Shown piece by piece: positions 19,095-30,952 of a DNA stretch of 64,000 nucleotides. The number at the start of each line of letters is the position of its first letter. Within the stretch, counting starts at the first letter, position 1. Position numbers and translations under genes: made by a program. The DNA is taken from positions 91,700-155,699 of the forward strand of contig JBGSRW010000008.1 in the NCBI GenBank assembly GCA_041737355.1. Direction: 5' to 3'. The notes beneath the pieces are model-generated. The model made no database searches, was not told the DNA's origin, and saw nothing but the letters and a program-made list of their open reading frames with translations. This stretch comes from Patescibacteria group bacterium. GTDB taxonomy: Bacteria > Patescibacteriota > Patescibacteriia > XYB2-FULL-38-15.

Positions 19095-19129
19095 CAACGG
19101 AATAAGTATGCGGTTGTACCATTCGCGGT

Positions 19130-19564
19130 TTACTTTACAGGGTAGAACTCCACGTTGTCGCCGCTGATTTCCGCGTAGAACATGCTGACCGTGACTCCGG
19201 GAAACCGTTCGAGCAAGACGCCGCGCGCGATTTTCAGGTCTTCGACTTGCACCGCCTTCTCTTCAGCCGGACTCTTAAAAACCGCCGATCCGCCGTAGGC
19301 TCCGCAATCACGGTGGGCGATAAGAACGAGCTCCTTGGCGTGGTGCAGGACAATTGACACCTTCTCGATAGCTCCGAGAAAAATTTCCTTAGTTGCTTCG
19401 TTGGCCAGAACTTTCGGTCCCCCCGGATGGACATACTGGTCGAATTCGTCGAAGCCGAGTTCCCGGCTGATGAATTGTTCATGCTGAGTTCGAAACCGCG
19501 GATCGAGACAGTAGATGACGGCCGCGGGAACGTGGTGAAAATTTTTGAACGGATACTGCTGCAT
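19130..19564 (-). CDS. Beta-class carbonic anhydrase-like protein, minimal 144 aa (cassette H)
   Basis: CLDPR (CxDxR) and HRDCG (HxxCG) zinc-ligand motifs about 65 aa apart. GGAGGAGG SD. G+C-rich. Sits immediately 3' of atpC. Confidence 0.45.
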   Translation of the reverse strand: MQQYPFKNFHHVPAAVIYCLDPRFRTQHEQFISRELGFDEFDQYVHPGGPKVLANEATKEIFLGAIEKVSIVLHHAKELVLIAHRDCGAYGGSAVFKSPAEEKAVQVEDLKIARGVLLERFPGVTVSMFYAEISGDNVEFYPVK

Positions 19565-19666
19565 ATTTTTATCCTCCTCCTAACCCCTCCCTCGCCATTC
19601 CCTCGAAAAAATTCAAGAGAATGGATCGTGAGGCGTTGGAAGAGTCGTATTAATGTTTTTTTAATT

Positions 19667-20113
19667 TTACTCCTCAATTCTGATACTCGGCGCAGTTCTT
19701 GCCCGGCTTCGCTTCCGCGCTACCTTCAGCCTTGCCAATTCCCGCTCGAGGCCAGCCATGGCGTCGGCGTATTTTTCCGCATCGATATGTTTTTCTTCAA
19801 GAATTTTTTGGGCTCGTTCGCGGGCTTTTAAAATTTCTTCTTCAACCAATTCTTCAGCCTTTTCCGCGGTATCAGCCAAAACCAAAACTTTATCCGGGGT
19901 AATTTCGATAAATCCACCCGAGCAGGACATGGCAATTTCCTCTCCGCTTTTTTTTACCAAAAGCTCTCCCGGGCGCAAGACGGCGATCAGGGGAATATGG
20001 TTTGGTAAAACCGTAATTTCTCCTTCGGCGGTAGGAATTGTCACCTGGTCAATTTCCTCTTTTAAAACCACCCGTTCGGGAGTAATGATTTCAAATTTTA
20101 ATTTTGAAGCCAT
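19667..20113 (-). CDS. atpC: F1 ATP synthase epsilon subunit
   Basis: N-terminal beta-sandwich (KLKFEIITPE...) followed by C-terminal helices. Last gene of the operon. Confidence 0.85.
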   Translation of the reverse strand: MASKLKFEIITPERVVLKEEIDQVTIPTAEGEITVLPNHIPLIAVLRPGELLVKKSGEEIAMSCSGGFIEITPDKVLVLADTAEKAEELVEEEILKARERAQKILEEKHIDAEKYADAMAGLERELARLKVARKRSRARTAPSIRIEE

Positions 20114-20133
20114 AATATGGCAAAAGCTAATTT

Positions 20134-21528
<1,395 letters not shown>

Positions 21529-21534
21529 TTAATG

Positions 21535-22443
21535 TTATTCCAAGGCTGCCTTACCGCTCACAATTTCCATTATTTCTTTTGTGATAGCAGACTGGCGAAC
21601 TTGGTTATAAGTTAAAGTTAAGTCAAAAATCATGTCTTCCGCCGAATCCGAGGCATTTTTCATCGCAACCATTCTCGCAGAGTGTTCTGACGCATTTGAT
21701 TCTAAAACTGCCTGAAAAATTTGTATTTCCGCCATTTTGGGCAACATATATTCCAAAACTTGATCGGGCGAAGGTTCAAAAATAAATTCGTGTTCCTTTT
21801 CTTCATTTTTTTCTGGTATTTTTTCTTTACTCACTTTTCCCAAATCCGGATCTCGTTCTCGGGAAAAAGGCAAAAGTTTTAAAATTCTCGGCCGCTGGGA
21901 AATAGTAGAAATAAAATCGGTGTAAGCAAGATAAACTTCGTCGTATGTTCCCGCGGAAAAATCGTCAATCACTATTTTTGCGACAGCTCTGATTTCCGCA
22001 AGCCGCGTCACACCGCTCAAATTAGTAAAATCAGCCACGAGTTTCATCTTATGGCGAGCTGCAAAATCCCTGCTCTTTTTTCCTACGGTTATAAACTCTA
22101 TTTCAATCCCCTTTTCCGTCAAACTTCTGGAAAATTCCGCGATTTTTTTTATAATTTGCGCGTTGAATCCTCCGCAAAGACCGCGATCAGAAGCGACAAG
22201 AACCACACAAACTTTTTTAACTTTATCTTTTTTAGTAAGAAAAGAATGAAGTTTGGAATCTGTTTTCCCCGCTAAATCGGAAATCAAAGACCAGGCCCGG
22301 TTGGCGTAAGCGCGTGTCGCGAGTGTCGCCTGCTGGGCTTTTCTCATTTTTGAAGCCGCCACCATTTCCATCGCCTTGGTAATTTTTTTGGTATTGGTAA
22401 TGGATTTGATGCGTCTTCTTATAATTTTTGTGGAAACGGCCAT
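21535..22443 (-). CDS. atpG: F1 ATP synthase gamma subunit
   Basis: Conserved N- and C-terminal gamma helices (ITKAMEMVAASKMRKAQ...). Confidence 0.9.
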   Translation of the reverse strand: MAVSTKIIRRRIKSITNTKKITKAMEMVAASKMRKAQQATLATRAYANRAWSLISDLAGKTDSKLHSFLTKKDKVKKVCVVLVASDRGLCGGFNAQIIKKIAEFSRSLTEKGIEIEFITVGKKSRDFAARHKMKLVADFTNLSGVTRLAEIRAVAKIVIDDFSAGTYDEVYLAYTDFISTISQRPRILKLLPFSRERDPDLGKVSKEKIPEKNEEKEHEFIFEPSPDQVLEYMLPKMAEIQIFQAVLESNASEHSARMVAMKNASDSAEDMIFDLTLTYNQVRQSAITKEIMEIVSGKAALE

Positions 22444-22482
22444 TTATTTCTAACTAAGTTAAACGTTAAATAAATTTCAACA

Positions 22483-24000
22483 TTAAATACTGCTCTTGAA
22501 ATCCGTGATAGTTGTTTTTAATTTTTCCTCAATCTCCGGCTTTAATTCTTTTTCTTTTGCGATCGCCGCCAAAACTCCTGTCGATTCCGATTTCAAATAC
22601 GCGTGAAATTTATCTTCCCACTCTTTCAATTTTTCAACTGGCACATCATCCAGATAACCGTTGATGCCGGCGTAAAGAATTGCGACCTGATTTTCCATTG
22701 GCATCGGAACATACTGACCTTGTTTTAAAACTTCAGTTAATCTCCTGCCTCGCTCAATTTGTTTTCTTGTAGCTTCGTCGAGATCAGAGGCAAATTGGGC
22801 AAAAGCTTCGAGCTCACGGAATTGCGCCAATTCCAGACGTAAACGGCCGGCAACTTTTTTCATGGCTTTTGTCTGAGCGGCAGAACCGACACGGGAAACA
22901 GAAAGGCCGACGTTTAAGGCCGGACGAATACCTTTGTAAAATAAATCCGATTCCAAATAAATCTGGCCGTCGGTAATGGAAATGACATTTGTTGGAATGT
23001 AAGCGGAAACATCGCCGGCTTGAGTTTCAATAATAGGCAGCGCGGTCAGTGATCCGCCGCCCAAATCAGGATTCATTTTTGCGGCGCGTTCAAGCAAACG
23101 AGAATGCAGATAAAAAATGTCGCCGGGATAAGCTTCGCGTCCCGGAGGCCGGCGTAAGAGCAACGAAATTTGCCGGTATGCCACGGCGTGCTTGGAAAGA
23201 TCATCATAAATCACAAGCGCATCTTTCCCCTGATCCATAAAATATTCTCCCATGGCGCAGCCGGCATAAGGAGCTATAAAAGAAAGCGAAGCCGGGTCGG
23301 AAGCGCCAGCGGCTACGACAATTGTGTGTTCCATTGCTCCAAACTCTTCTAATTTTGCCACCATCTTTGCAATTTTTGATTCTTTCTGGCCAACTGCTAC
23401 ATAAATACAAACGCAATTTTTTCCTTTTTGATTAATAATAGTATCAATCACGAGCGCGGTTTTGCCTGTCTGGCGGTCTCCTATAATAAGCTCCCTTTGC
23501 CCGCGGCCGATTGGAATCATGGAATCAATGGCTTTGATACCAGTTTGAAGAGGGGTTGCAACTTTTTGTCTTGCAATAACGCCTGGCGCGATTTTTTCAA
23601 TTGGATAAAGTTTATTTTCTTTGATAGCGCCCTTACCATCCTTGGGCTGACCAAGGGGGTCGACGACTCTGCCGACAAGATTTTCTCCGACGGGAACGGA
23701 CAAGATCCTACCCGAGCTTTTAACGGTATCGCCCTCTTTAATATGAGTGTATTCGCCCAAAATCATAGCGCCGATAATATCCTCTTCGAGGTTCAGGGCA
23801 ACTCCAAGAACCGATTCACCATCTTTGTCTTTATTTAAAAATTCAAGCATTTCTCCAGCCATACAATCCGATAAACCCGAAACCCTCGCGATGCCGTCTC
23901 CTATTTCCGCGACCCTTCCGACTTTTTCGGTATTAGTCGCTATTTTAGCTTCGGCAATCTGTTTCTTAAGATTTTCAATAATAAAGTTTACTTCCGACAT
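22483..24000 (-). CDS. atpA: F1 ATP synthase alpha subunit
   Basis: GDRQTGKT P-loop, 505 aa. Confidence 0.95.
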   Translation of the reverse strand: MSEVNFIIENLKKQIAEAKIATNTEKVGRVAEIGDGIARVSGLSDCMAGEMLEFLNKDKDGESVLGVALNLEEDIIGAMILGEYTHIKEGDTVKSSGRILSVPVGENLVGRVVDPLGQPKDGKGAIKENKLYPIEKIAPGVIARQKVATPLQTGIKAIDSMIPIGRGQRELIIGDRQTGKTALVIDTIINQKGKNCVCIYVAVGQKESKIAKMVAKLEEFGAMEHTIVVAAGASDPASLSFIAPYAGCAMGEYFMDQGKDALVIYDDLSKHAVAYRQISLLLRRPPGREAYPGDIFYLHSRLLERAAKMNPDLGGGSLTALPIIETQAGDVSAYIPTNVISITDGQIYLESDLFYKGIRPALNVGLSVSRVGSAAQTKAMKKVAGRLRLELAQFRELEAFAQFASDLDEATRKQIERGRRLTEVLKQGQYVPMPMENQVAILYAGINGYLDDVPVEKLKEWEDKFHAYLKSESTGVLAAIAKEKELKPEIEEKLKTTITDFKSSI

Positions 24001-24004
24001 AAAA

Positions 24005-24421
24005 TTAAAACTGTTTAGTAAGTAAATTATTTTTCAAAATTTTAAATTTATTTTTTAAACTTGCATCAAAAACCGTGTCTTCGCATTCAAGAATAAAGCC
24101 GCCTATCAAATCCGATTCTGTTTTTTTCTCAACGCTTGCCGTCTTGAACTTTTTCCTTAAAAGATCAGGCGCTTCTTTTTTTAACACTTCTATCAAATCT
24201 TCTTTCATCGGCTGAGCCGACCTTATTGTCAAATTAGCGATCCCCTCTTTTTGATTGGCATATTTAATAAAATTTTCTATAATTTGGGGAGCGAATCTTA
24301 GTGCATTATTTCTCGACAGAAGACTCACAAAATTACGCAAAACAGCCTTGGCTTTTTCGCCGGAAAGATCTTTGGTCGCCTCATACAACGATATTGCGTA
24401 CTGTTTTGGTTTTATCTTCAT
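24005..24421 (-). CDS. atpH: ATP synthase delta subunit
   Basis: Position and size within the operon. OSCP-like. Confidence 0.75.
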   Translation of the reverse strand: MKIKPKQYAISLYEATKDLSGEKAKAVLRNFVSLLSRNNALRFAPQIIENFIKYANQKEGIANLTIRSAQPMKEDLIEVLKKEAPDLLRKKFKTASVEKKTESDLIGGFILECEDTVFDASLKNKFKILKNNLLTKQF

Positions 24422-24425
24422 AAAA

Positions 24426-24926
24426 CTATTTTTTATCCGCCTCTCTGAGGCTTTCCTCTATTAATTTTTGCTGCATTTTCCCGTCAAAAGATTTCCCTAC
24501 GACTTTTTCGGCTACCGCTAAAACCAAAATTGCTGCCTCCTTTTTAACTTCAACCATCATCTTGTCCTTCTCTTGGATTATTTGGTTTTTTGCGGCGGTA
24601 ATCAGTTTTTCAACCTCGGCTTTCGTTTTAGTTTTTATTTCCTGTCCCGAAGCCTCGGCTACTCTTTGCGCTTCCTCAACTATAGCCATCGCTTCTTGTT
24701 TTGCTTTTTTTATTTCCCTATCGTGCAATTCCTTAGTTTTTTCCAATTCTTCACCTATTTTTTCCGCGTCGCGAAGACCTTTCTCTATTTTTTCCCTGCG
24801 ATTTTCAAGAAAATTTATAACTGGTTTGTATAGAAATTTGTATAAAACAAAAAATAAAATAAGAAAATTTATAAGTTGGGCGACGAGTAAACGCCAGTCA
24901 ATACCTAGTTTTTGTAATAATTCCAT
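24426..24926 (-). CDS. atpF: ATP synthase Fo subunit b
   Basis: Single N-terminal TM then a long charged helix. Confidence 0.8.
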   Translation of the reverse strand: MELLQKLGIDWRLLVAQLINFLILFFVLYKFLYKPVINFLENRREKIEKGLRDAEKIGEELEKTKELHDREIKKAKQEAMAIVEEAQRVAEASGQEIKTKTKAEVEKLITAAKNQIIQEKDKMMVEVKKEAAILVLAVAEKVVGKSFDGKMQQKLIEESLREADKK

Positions 24927-24994
24927 AATTTTTTTATTAGTTCAAAGTTTTCAACCCACGACATTTATTAGGGCCGCGGGCTGTGAACCGTAAA

Positions 24995-25273
<279 letters not shown>

Positions 25274-25344
25274 CTATCCGCTTTCGACGGAAATATTTTA
25301 TTTAACGTCGGCGATTGACTGTCGTTATTTTAATTTTTTATAAT

Positions 25345-26136
25345 TTAATGCGCTTCGTGCTCGGTAACCGCCATTTTCAAAAATACCAAAGTCAGCATCG
25401 AAAAAACCAGAGCCTGCACAAATCCGACAAAAATTTCCAGAAATAAGAAAGGCAGCGGGACTACATACGGGATCAGGAAACTCACTACCGCCAAAAGAAC
25501 TTCTCCGGCGAAAATATTTCCAAAAAGACGGAAAGAGAAGGATATGAATTTTGCCAGTTCGGCCACAAGTTCTAAAACTCCGGCGAAAAAATAAATAAAA
25601 CCATAGAAGGAGGGCACAGGCAAAAAACCGTACTCTATCCTGAACAATCCTCCGAAAGGTAAAAATTTCTTCCAATATTTAAAAAAACCTATTGTTGCTA
25701 TACCGAAAATCTGGACGGAAAAAACTGAAAATATTGCAATAGCCAGCGTAACATTCAGATCGGCCGACGCCGAACGAATAAAAGGAACTAAAACTTTTTC
25801 GCCATGCAGCTCCTCCCAAATTCCAATTGTTCCGAGGCCGGGCACAATCTCCACCCAGTTGGAGAGAATAACGAAAATAAAAATAGTAAAGACGACCGGA
25901 AAAAATCTTTTTGCTTGTTTACGGTCATGGGTAATGGTTTCTATGAAACCGAGAGCGCCTTCTATGACCGTTTCGGCTACGTTCTGAAGACCTCGAGGTA
26001 TTTCCTTCAAGTTTCTTCTGACCAAAAAAGCAACAACGACCAATAAAAAGACAATAATCCAAGCAACAAGCAGTGTGTTTGTTATAGGAAAAGTCCCGAT
26101 ATGGAAAATTGGCTCTGCAGCCAAGGAAATGTTCAT
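25345..26136 (-). CDS. atpB: ATP synthase Fo subunit a
   Basis: Polytopic. Conserved Arg-containing helix region. Confidence 0.9.
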   Translation of the reverse strand: MNISLAAEPIFHIGTFPITNTLLVAWIIVFLLVVVAFLVRRNLKEIPRGLQNVAETVIEGALGFIETITHDRKQAKRFFPVVFTIFIFVILSNWVEIVPGLGTIGIWEELHGEKVLVPFIRSASADLNVTLAIAIFSVFSVQIFGIATIGFFKYWKKFLPFGGLFRIEYGFLPVPSFYGFIYFFAGVLELVAELAKFISFSFRLFGNIFAGEVLLAVVSFLIPYVVPLPFLFLEIFVGFVQALVFSMLTLVFLKMAVTEHEAH

Positions 26137-26139
26137 ATA

Positions 26140-26406
26140 TTAATCCTGTTTTTCTTTATTCTCCGAATCATCCATAATCGTTATAGTTTTTTTGTATACT
26201 AAAATGGTGGAAACAACCAGAGACAGAATGACGCCAGTTAAAAGAAACCATGGCGAAGTCCCAATTTTTTTATCAATTAATCTGCCCAGAAGCGCCAGGA
26301 GAACCAATGGTATAGCTATGGAATATCCGAGCTGCCAAGCCAGCGAAAGGGCGGACCAAGTTCCCTCTTTCTTAGGTGTAATTTTTTGAGCGTCATTTTT
26401 ATCCAT
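26140..26406 (-). CDS. AtpZ/AtpI-like small membrane protein
   Basis: Two TM, located immediately upstream of atpB. Confidence 0.5.
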   Translation of the reverse strand: MDKNDAQKITPKKEGTWSALSLAWQLGYSIAIPLVLLALLGRLIDKKIGTSPWFLLTGVILSLVVSTILVYKKTITIMDDSENKEKQD

Positions 26407-26485
26407 AAACCGCCAAAAGAACCTTGAACCGCGTCACCAATAAGGGCGGCTGAAGGTTTTATCCACATACTTAATTAATTAAGAT

Positions 26486-26514
26486 ATTTTAGATGATTTT
26501 CTAAAAACAGTCAA
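26486..26514 (-). promoter_or_regulatory. Putative promoter of the ATP synthase operon (TTGACT-17-TAAAAT)
   Basis: Hexamers on the minus strand upstream of atpZ with a 17-nt spacer. Confidence 0.4.
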
Positions 26515-26535
26515 CCCTGCCAAATTTTCTATAAA

Positions 26536-26572
26536 AAAGGCCTACCTTTCCCTCTTAGGTAAGCCGACTATT
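26536..26572 (-). terminator. Terminator of cassette I
   Basis: ggcttacct...aggtaggcc hairpin followed by T6 on the minus strand. Confidence 0.5.
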
Positions 26573-26579
26573 TTTGATC

Positions 26580-27869
26580 TTAAACCGTATCTCCAATCAT
26601 CTGGCCGCAGCCGCTTCCGATCGGGGTTCCCTTGGAGAGGAAATACTTCACGGCGTAGCCCCGCCCCTCGAGTACCTTGCGGAATCTGCTCCGCGCTTTC
26701 CTCGAAGACGGTTTCATGTCCGATCCCTTAAGCGGGTTGAGCTGCGAAAGCTTGACATAGAAGTGCTTCGGGTCAAGCAGCGCCGCTAGTTCTTCGGCCT
26801 GCTTGCGGGCGTCGTTTTTGCCCTGGACCAAGACGTAATTCACGCATACTTTGTTTGGTGTTGACTGATCACGTCCGGTCACCTCCGCATATTTCCGAGC
26901 CAGCTCAATCGTCTCTTTGAGCGGTCCGCGAACCGGAACGAACCGCGAGCGTAGCTCGTCCGTCGGAGCATGCAGTGAAAGTTGGAGAGTAGCCCACGGT
27001 CCGAAACCCTCCTCCGCCAACTTCCTAAGGCCGGGAAGAAGCCCGACAGTGGAAATGGTAAAGGAAATCCTCTCCTTGAAAGTTTCGCGGAGAGTTTTCG
27101 TGGCTTTCACCACGGCGCCGTAGTTAGACATCGTCTCGCCTTCTCCCATATATGTGATATGGAAAGGCTTCCGGTCATTCAGAACTTCCTGGCCGAAAGG
27201 GCTCCGTCCAAGAGTCTTCCTGACCTGTCCGACGATTTCTTCGGCCGTGAGATTGCGGCCGAATTTCACGCGGCCGGTCGCGCAGAAACGGCAGCCGATA
27301 GTGCAGCCTACCTGCACGGAAACGCAGATAACGTGCTGCACATCACGATAGGTCAGTTTCAACGCGACAGTTTCGATCAGCTGATTGTCCTGAAGAGCGA
27401 AAACGAATTTTTCCGCTCCCAAGCTGACAGCCCTTGCCACGAGTCGGAGCGAATCGTGAGGCAGTCTGCGGAAAGCGCGATCGATCCCTAGCCTTTCCTT
27501 CCTCTGGATGATTGTCCAAAAGTAGCTGAAAGGAGGAAAGGGGCCCGTGATGAATTCAATCATTCCGCCCATGGCCGCTTCGCGGAGCCAAGGAATTTTT
27601 CCGTCCTCTGCGAGGACGAAAATGTCGGCTCGCCGATTTTTTTCCCGCAATTCCCCGATGATGGCCATACTTTCGGGAGAGAGTGAATCTTTATCAGCGA
27701 GAATCACGTTTGCGTCAAGCTTGCCGCCTTCAGCGATTCTCCGAAGCTCCTCTTCGTTCCCGATCGTCTGTACTTCATAGCCCTTGCGCTCAAACAATCC
27801 GACGAGACCGGTCGCGCGCCGGCTATGTGTGATGATTACGCATTTCTGCGTAGTCCTAGCCCTACTCAT
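26580..27869 (-). CDS. RlmN/Cfr-family radical SAM RNA methyltransferase fused to an N-terminal receiver-like (CheY/flavodoxin-fold) domain (cassette I)
   Basis: ICVSVQVGCTIGCRFCATG aligns with RlmN LCVSSQVGCALECKFC. LQLSLHAPTDELR and the C-terminal GSGCGQMIG carry the catalytic Cys motif. N-terminal 130 aa are REC-like but lack the Asp-Asp pair. GGAGAG SD 5 nt before ATG 27869. In-frame alternative starts at 27893 and 27911. G+C-rich. Confidence 0.7.
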   Translation of the reverse strand: MSRARTTQKCVIITHSRRATGLVGLFERKGYEVQTIGNEEELRRIAEGGKLDANVILADKDSLSPESMAIIGELREKNRRADIFVLAEDGKIPWLREAAMGGMIEFITGPFPPFSYFWTIIQRKERLGIDRAFRRLPHDSLRLVARAVSLGAEKFVFALQDNQLIETVALKLTYRDVQHVICVSVQVGCTIGCRFCATGRVKFGRNLTAEEIVGQVRKTLGRSPFGQEVLNDRKPFHITYMGEGETMSNYGAVVKATKTLRETFKERISFTISTVGLLPGLRKLAEEGFGPWATLQLSLHAPTDELRSRFVPVRGPLKETIELARKYAEVTGRDQSTPNKVCVNYVLVQGKNDARKQAEELAALLDPKHFYVKLSQLNPLKGSDMKPSSRKARSRFRKVLEGRGYAVKYFLSKGTPIGSGCGQMIGDTV

Positions 27870-28034
27870 GATTGCTCTCCGACTGAGAAACATGGGGTCA
27901 GGACAACCCACAACCGACCCCCACCTAAGTAGCCTGTCTCGCGACCCGTCAAAGGTGGCGGGACAGACTACTTAGCTTCCGTTTAATTTTATAAAGAACT
28001 TGACCTTTTATCTTGATACTTAAAATCTTAACTG

Positions 28035-30050
28035 TCAACCTTCAACAAAATCAACCTTGTTATCCGGCAGATGAACCGTGAATTGGCTTCCAACATTCAA
28101 TTTACTCCGCACATCGATATACCCGCCGTGAGCCTCGGCGATTGATTTACAAATAGCAAGCCCCAAACCGCTGCCGCCAATAGATTCCCTGGTGCGAACC
28201 TTGTCAACGCGATAAAATCTCTCGAAAACGAAAGGAGCTTCCTCTTCGGGAATTCCTATCCCGTTATCTTCCACTGTAACCCTAGTTTCTCGGGCGTCTG
28301 TCTCCGCCTTAATCTTTACCCACCCGTTTTCCTTGCCGTATTTTATGGCATTAGAAACGAGGTTTAGGAGCATCTTTAAAAATTTATTTTCATCAATCAA
28401 AACATTTATCCTGTCTCCGGCCGCGGCCGATTCTATTTTTATATTTTTTTCTTTAGCTAGAATTTCCATTGACTGAACCGCGGTCTTGATCAAATTTTCC
28501 AAATTAACGGTTGTTTTTTTTAAATTAAGCTTTCCCGCTCCCGCGTGAGTAAGAATCATCAAGTCGGCTAAAATTCCCGACATATGCCCGACCTCTTCAT
28601 CGATTACTTTCAGTGTTTCTCTCAATTCCTTCCCTGTTGCCTTTTCGTCCCATAAAGCTATATCCAGATTACCCTTGATTATTGTGAGAGGAGTCCGAAG
28701 CTCGTGCGAAGCATCGGCTATAAACTGGGATTTCAACTCAACGGCCTTCGCTAATTTATGATTGGCTACCTCCAATTCCCCGGTTCTTAAACGGACTTTT
28801 TCTTCCAGGGTTTTATTCAGATCCTTGACTTCTTCGTAAAGTTGGCTGTTTACGATGGCGATAGCTGCGTTGTTAGCCAGGGTAGTCATCAATTCCATAT
28901 CCGTATCCTTGAATCTTTCAACTTCGTCGCTGTCTATTTTTATTACCCCTATAACTTTTTTATCTAATAAAATCGGCACGGCTAATTCCGATCTCACGCT
29001 CTCCATTTCCGGCTGACCTATGTAATATGGATCGTTTTTTACGTCGTTGCTGCAATACGGCTGCTTGATAAACGCGGCATGCCCCGAAAGACCCTGCCCT
29101 ATTTTTATTTTTATTTTTTGCCAGCCGGGCGGCATATTGTACGCTTCCTTGAGGGTAAGCTCGTTTTCATTTTCAAGCAGCAAAATCGCACCACTGACAG
29201 CGTTGGTCAGTTTTACGGCATTTCTTAAAATCAGCCAGAGAACTTCTCCGAGATTCAAGACGGAGTTGATCGCTCTCGAAACCTGATTAATCAGATAAAG
29301 TTGCCTCGCTTGATTCTTGACTGCCTCCATGGCGTAAAACGCCTCGGTATTGTCCTGAGCGATTGAAATTGCACCCTCAATATTTCCATTTTTATCTTTA
29401 AGGGGAACTGCGTAGATATCTATATATTTAGCCAGCTTATCGGAAGAAGCCTGATAATGACAATTATAATGCCTGAAGGCGATGCCATGCTCCAGGAGAT
29501 TTTTGTATTTTTCGTGCAGTTCGTTTGATTTTTTGACAAAAGAAAAATCAAAAATTTTTTTGCCGGTTCTTCCGGTCGGAGGTTTCTCGGCCAGAATATA
29601 AAAATACGGATTTACCGAAACGACTCCCCCGCCTTTGTCGAGGGTAACAATACTTACCGGAACATTTTCTATTATTTTTTCGTAAAATTCACTTATTCTG
29701 TCCCCCTCTTCTTTTATTTTTTGCAATTCTTTTTCCGTTTGCAGCCGCCTCCTCATAGCTAGTCTTCCCTTGCAATAAAGAAGCGAACTCAGGATGAGCG
29801 TCAAGACAGACAAGCCAACCCAGAAATGATTGATGAAAGTTAGAAAAGGAACCTGCCGGCCAAAAACTTCCAAATTCTCCCAGGCGATAAATTCATTTTC
29901 CGCATAAAGTTCCAGAAAATAAAATATTCCCAAAACCCAGCCAACGCTGCTTAAAAGATAAAAGAGCCAGTAGTCGCTAAAATGCGTCCTGGTTCTATCA
30001 AAAATATTCTTGCAGGAATTCTGCAAATCAATTTTAGGCCAAGGTTTCAT
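28035..30050 (-). CDS. Sensor histidine kinase (TM, GAF, HisKA, HATPase_c)
   Basis: H-box ASHELRTPL, G-box GGSGLGLAI, N-terminal TM helices and a GAF-like region. Confidence 0.85.
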   Translation of the reverse strand: MKPWPKIDLQNSCKNIFDRTRTHFSDYWLFYLLSSVGWVLGIFYFLELYAENEFIAWENLEVFGRQVPFLTFINHFWVGLSVLTLILSSLLYCKGRLAMRRRLQTEKELQKIKEEGDRISEFYEKIIENVPVSIVTLDKGGGVVSVNPYFYILAEKPPTGRTGKKIFDFSFVKKSNELHEKYKNLLEHGIAFRHYNCHYQASSDKLAKYIDIYAVPLKDKNGNIEGAISIAQDNTEAFYAMEAVKNQARQLYLINQVSRAINSVLNLGEVLWLILRNAVKLTNAVSGAILLLENENELTLKEAYNMPPGWQKIKIKIGQGLSGHAAFIKQPYCSNDVKNDPYYIGQPEMESVRSELAVPILLDKKVIGVIKIDSDEVERFKDTDMELMTTLANNAAIAIVNSQLYEEVKDLNKTLEEKVRLRTGELEVANHKLAKAVELKSQFIADASHELRTPLTIIKGNLDIALWDEKATGKELRETLKVIDEEVGHMSGILADLMILTHAGAGKLNLKKTTVNLENLIKTAVQSMEILAKEKNIKIESAAAGDRINVLIDENKFLKMLLNLVSNAIKYGKENGWVKIKAETDARETRVTVEDNGIGIPEEEAPFVFERFYRVDKVRTRESIGGSGLGLAICKSIAEAHGGYIDVRSKLNVGSQFTVHLPDNKVDFVEG

Positions 30051-30083
30051 CTGACCTTGTCGTTATCTTCGGATGCCAAAACA

Positions 30084-30761
30084 TTATTTAACATCCTGAA
30101 TTATTTTATAGCCTACGTTTCTGACCGTTTTGAGCAATTGGAGGGAGCGACCGCCATCGACTTTTTTGCGAAGGTTGCTCACCGATACGTCAATAACATT
30201 GCTGCTATCAACAAAATTATATCCCCAGATGTGTTCGCCGATCATTGTTCTTGTACAAACCTGCCCCGGACGACGCATAAAGTAATCAAGCAAACGATAT
30301 TCTTTACTCGTTAAGGGCACAGCTTCGCCGGCCCTTGTCACTTCGTGAGTAGCCGGATCCAAAATCAAATCTGAAATTTGTAAAACCGATCTTTTGACGG
30401 TTTTTTCCCGACGCAGAAGAGCCCTGATTCTGGCCAGAAGTTCTCCAAAAGCGAACGGTTTAACAACATAATCATCAGCGCCTTGGTCAAGCCCGCGGAT
30501 ACGATCTTCAATCGTGTCTCTGGCAGTAAGCATTATGATGGGTGCGTCTATTTTTCTTTCTCTAATCTCTTTGCAGACTTCAATCCCGTCTTTTTTTGGT
30601 AACATCAGATCCAAAATAATCAGGTCGTAATCATTAACCCCGACTTTTTTCAAGGCTTCTTCTCCGTCATAAGCCACGTCAACGGTATAATGCTCCATCT
30701 CAAGGCCCCTTTGAATGAAGCGGGTGATTTTGTATTCGTCTTCGACTACTAGGATGGTCAT
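30084..30761 (-). CDS. OmpR-family response regulator
   Basis: Receiver with DE...D and K, plus a winged-helix C-terminus. Confidence 0.9.
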   Translation of the reverse strand: MTILVVEDEYKITRFIQRGLEMEHYTVDVAYDGEEALKKVGVNDYDLIILDLMLPKKDGIEVCKEIRERKIDAPIIMLTARDTIEDRIRGLDQGADDYVVKPFAFGELLARIRALLRREKTVKRSVLQISDLILDPATHEVTRAGEAVPLTSKEYRLLDYFMRRPGQVCTRTMIGEHIWGYNFVDSSNVIDVSVSNLRKKVDGGRSLQLLKTVRNVGYKIIQDVK

Positions 30762-30952
30762 ATTTTTCTCCTTTTTGTGAATTTTTGCTTCACAATAGTT
30801 TTTTAAAATTTATTTAATTCAAGAGGAAAAACCTATCTTCTATTAATATTATATTATGAAAAGATTACGATAAAATTAAGTTATAACTTTCCTCTTATCT
30901 TAAGCCCGCCTAATGAATAAGTCAATCCCCTCCCTAATTTAAAACCCCGGCT

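Noticed and set aside
19640-19660. T7 promoter-like string TAATACGACTC on the minus strand between atpC and cassette H
   Set aside because: Only the first 11 nt match the T7 consensus. The essential -1 to +6 region (ACTATAGGG) is absent. Probably coincidence, but noted because the cassettes look construct-like.
19667-19760. G+C-rich 3' end of atpC as part of a foreign island
   Set aside because: The richness is explained by an Ala/Arg-rich C-terminal helix of a native protein. The reading frame is continuous with conserved AtpC sequence.
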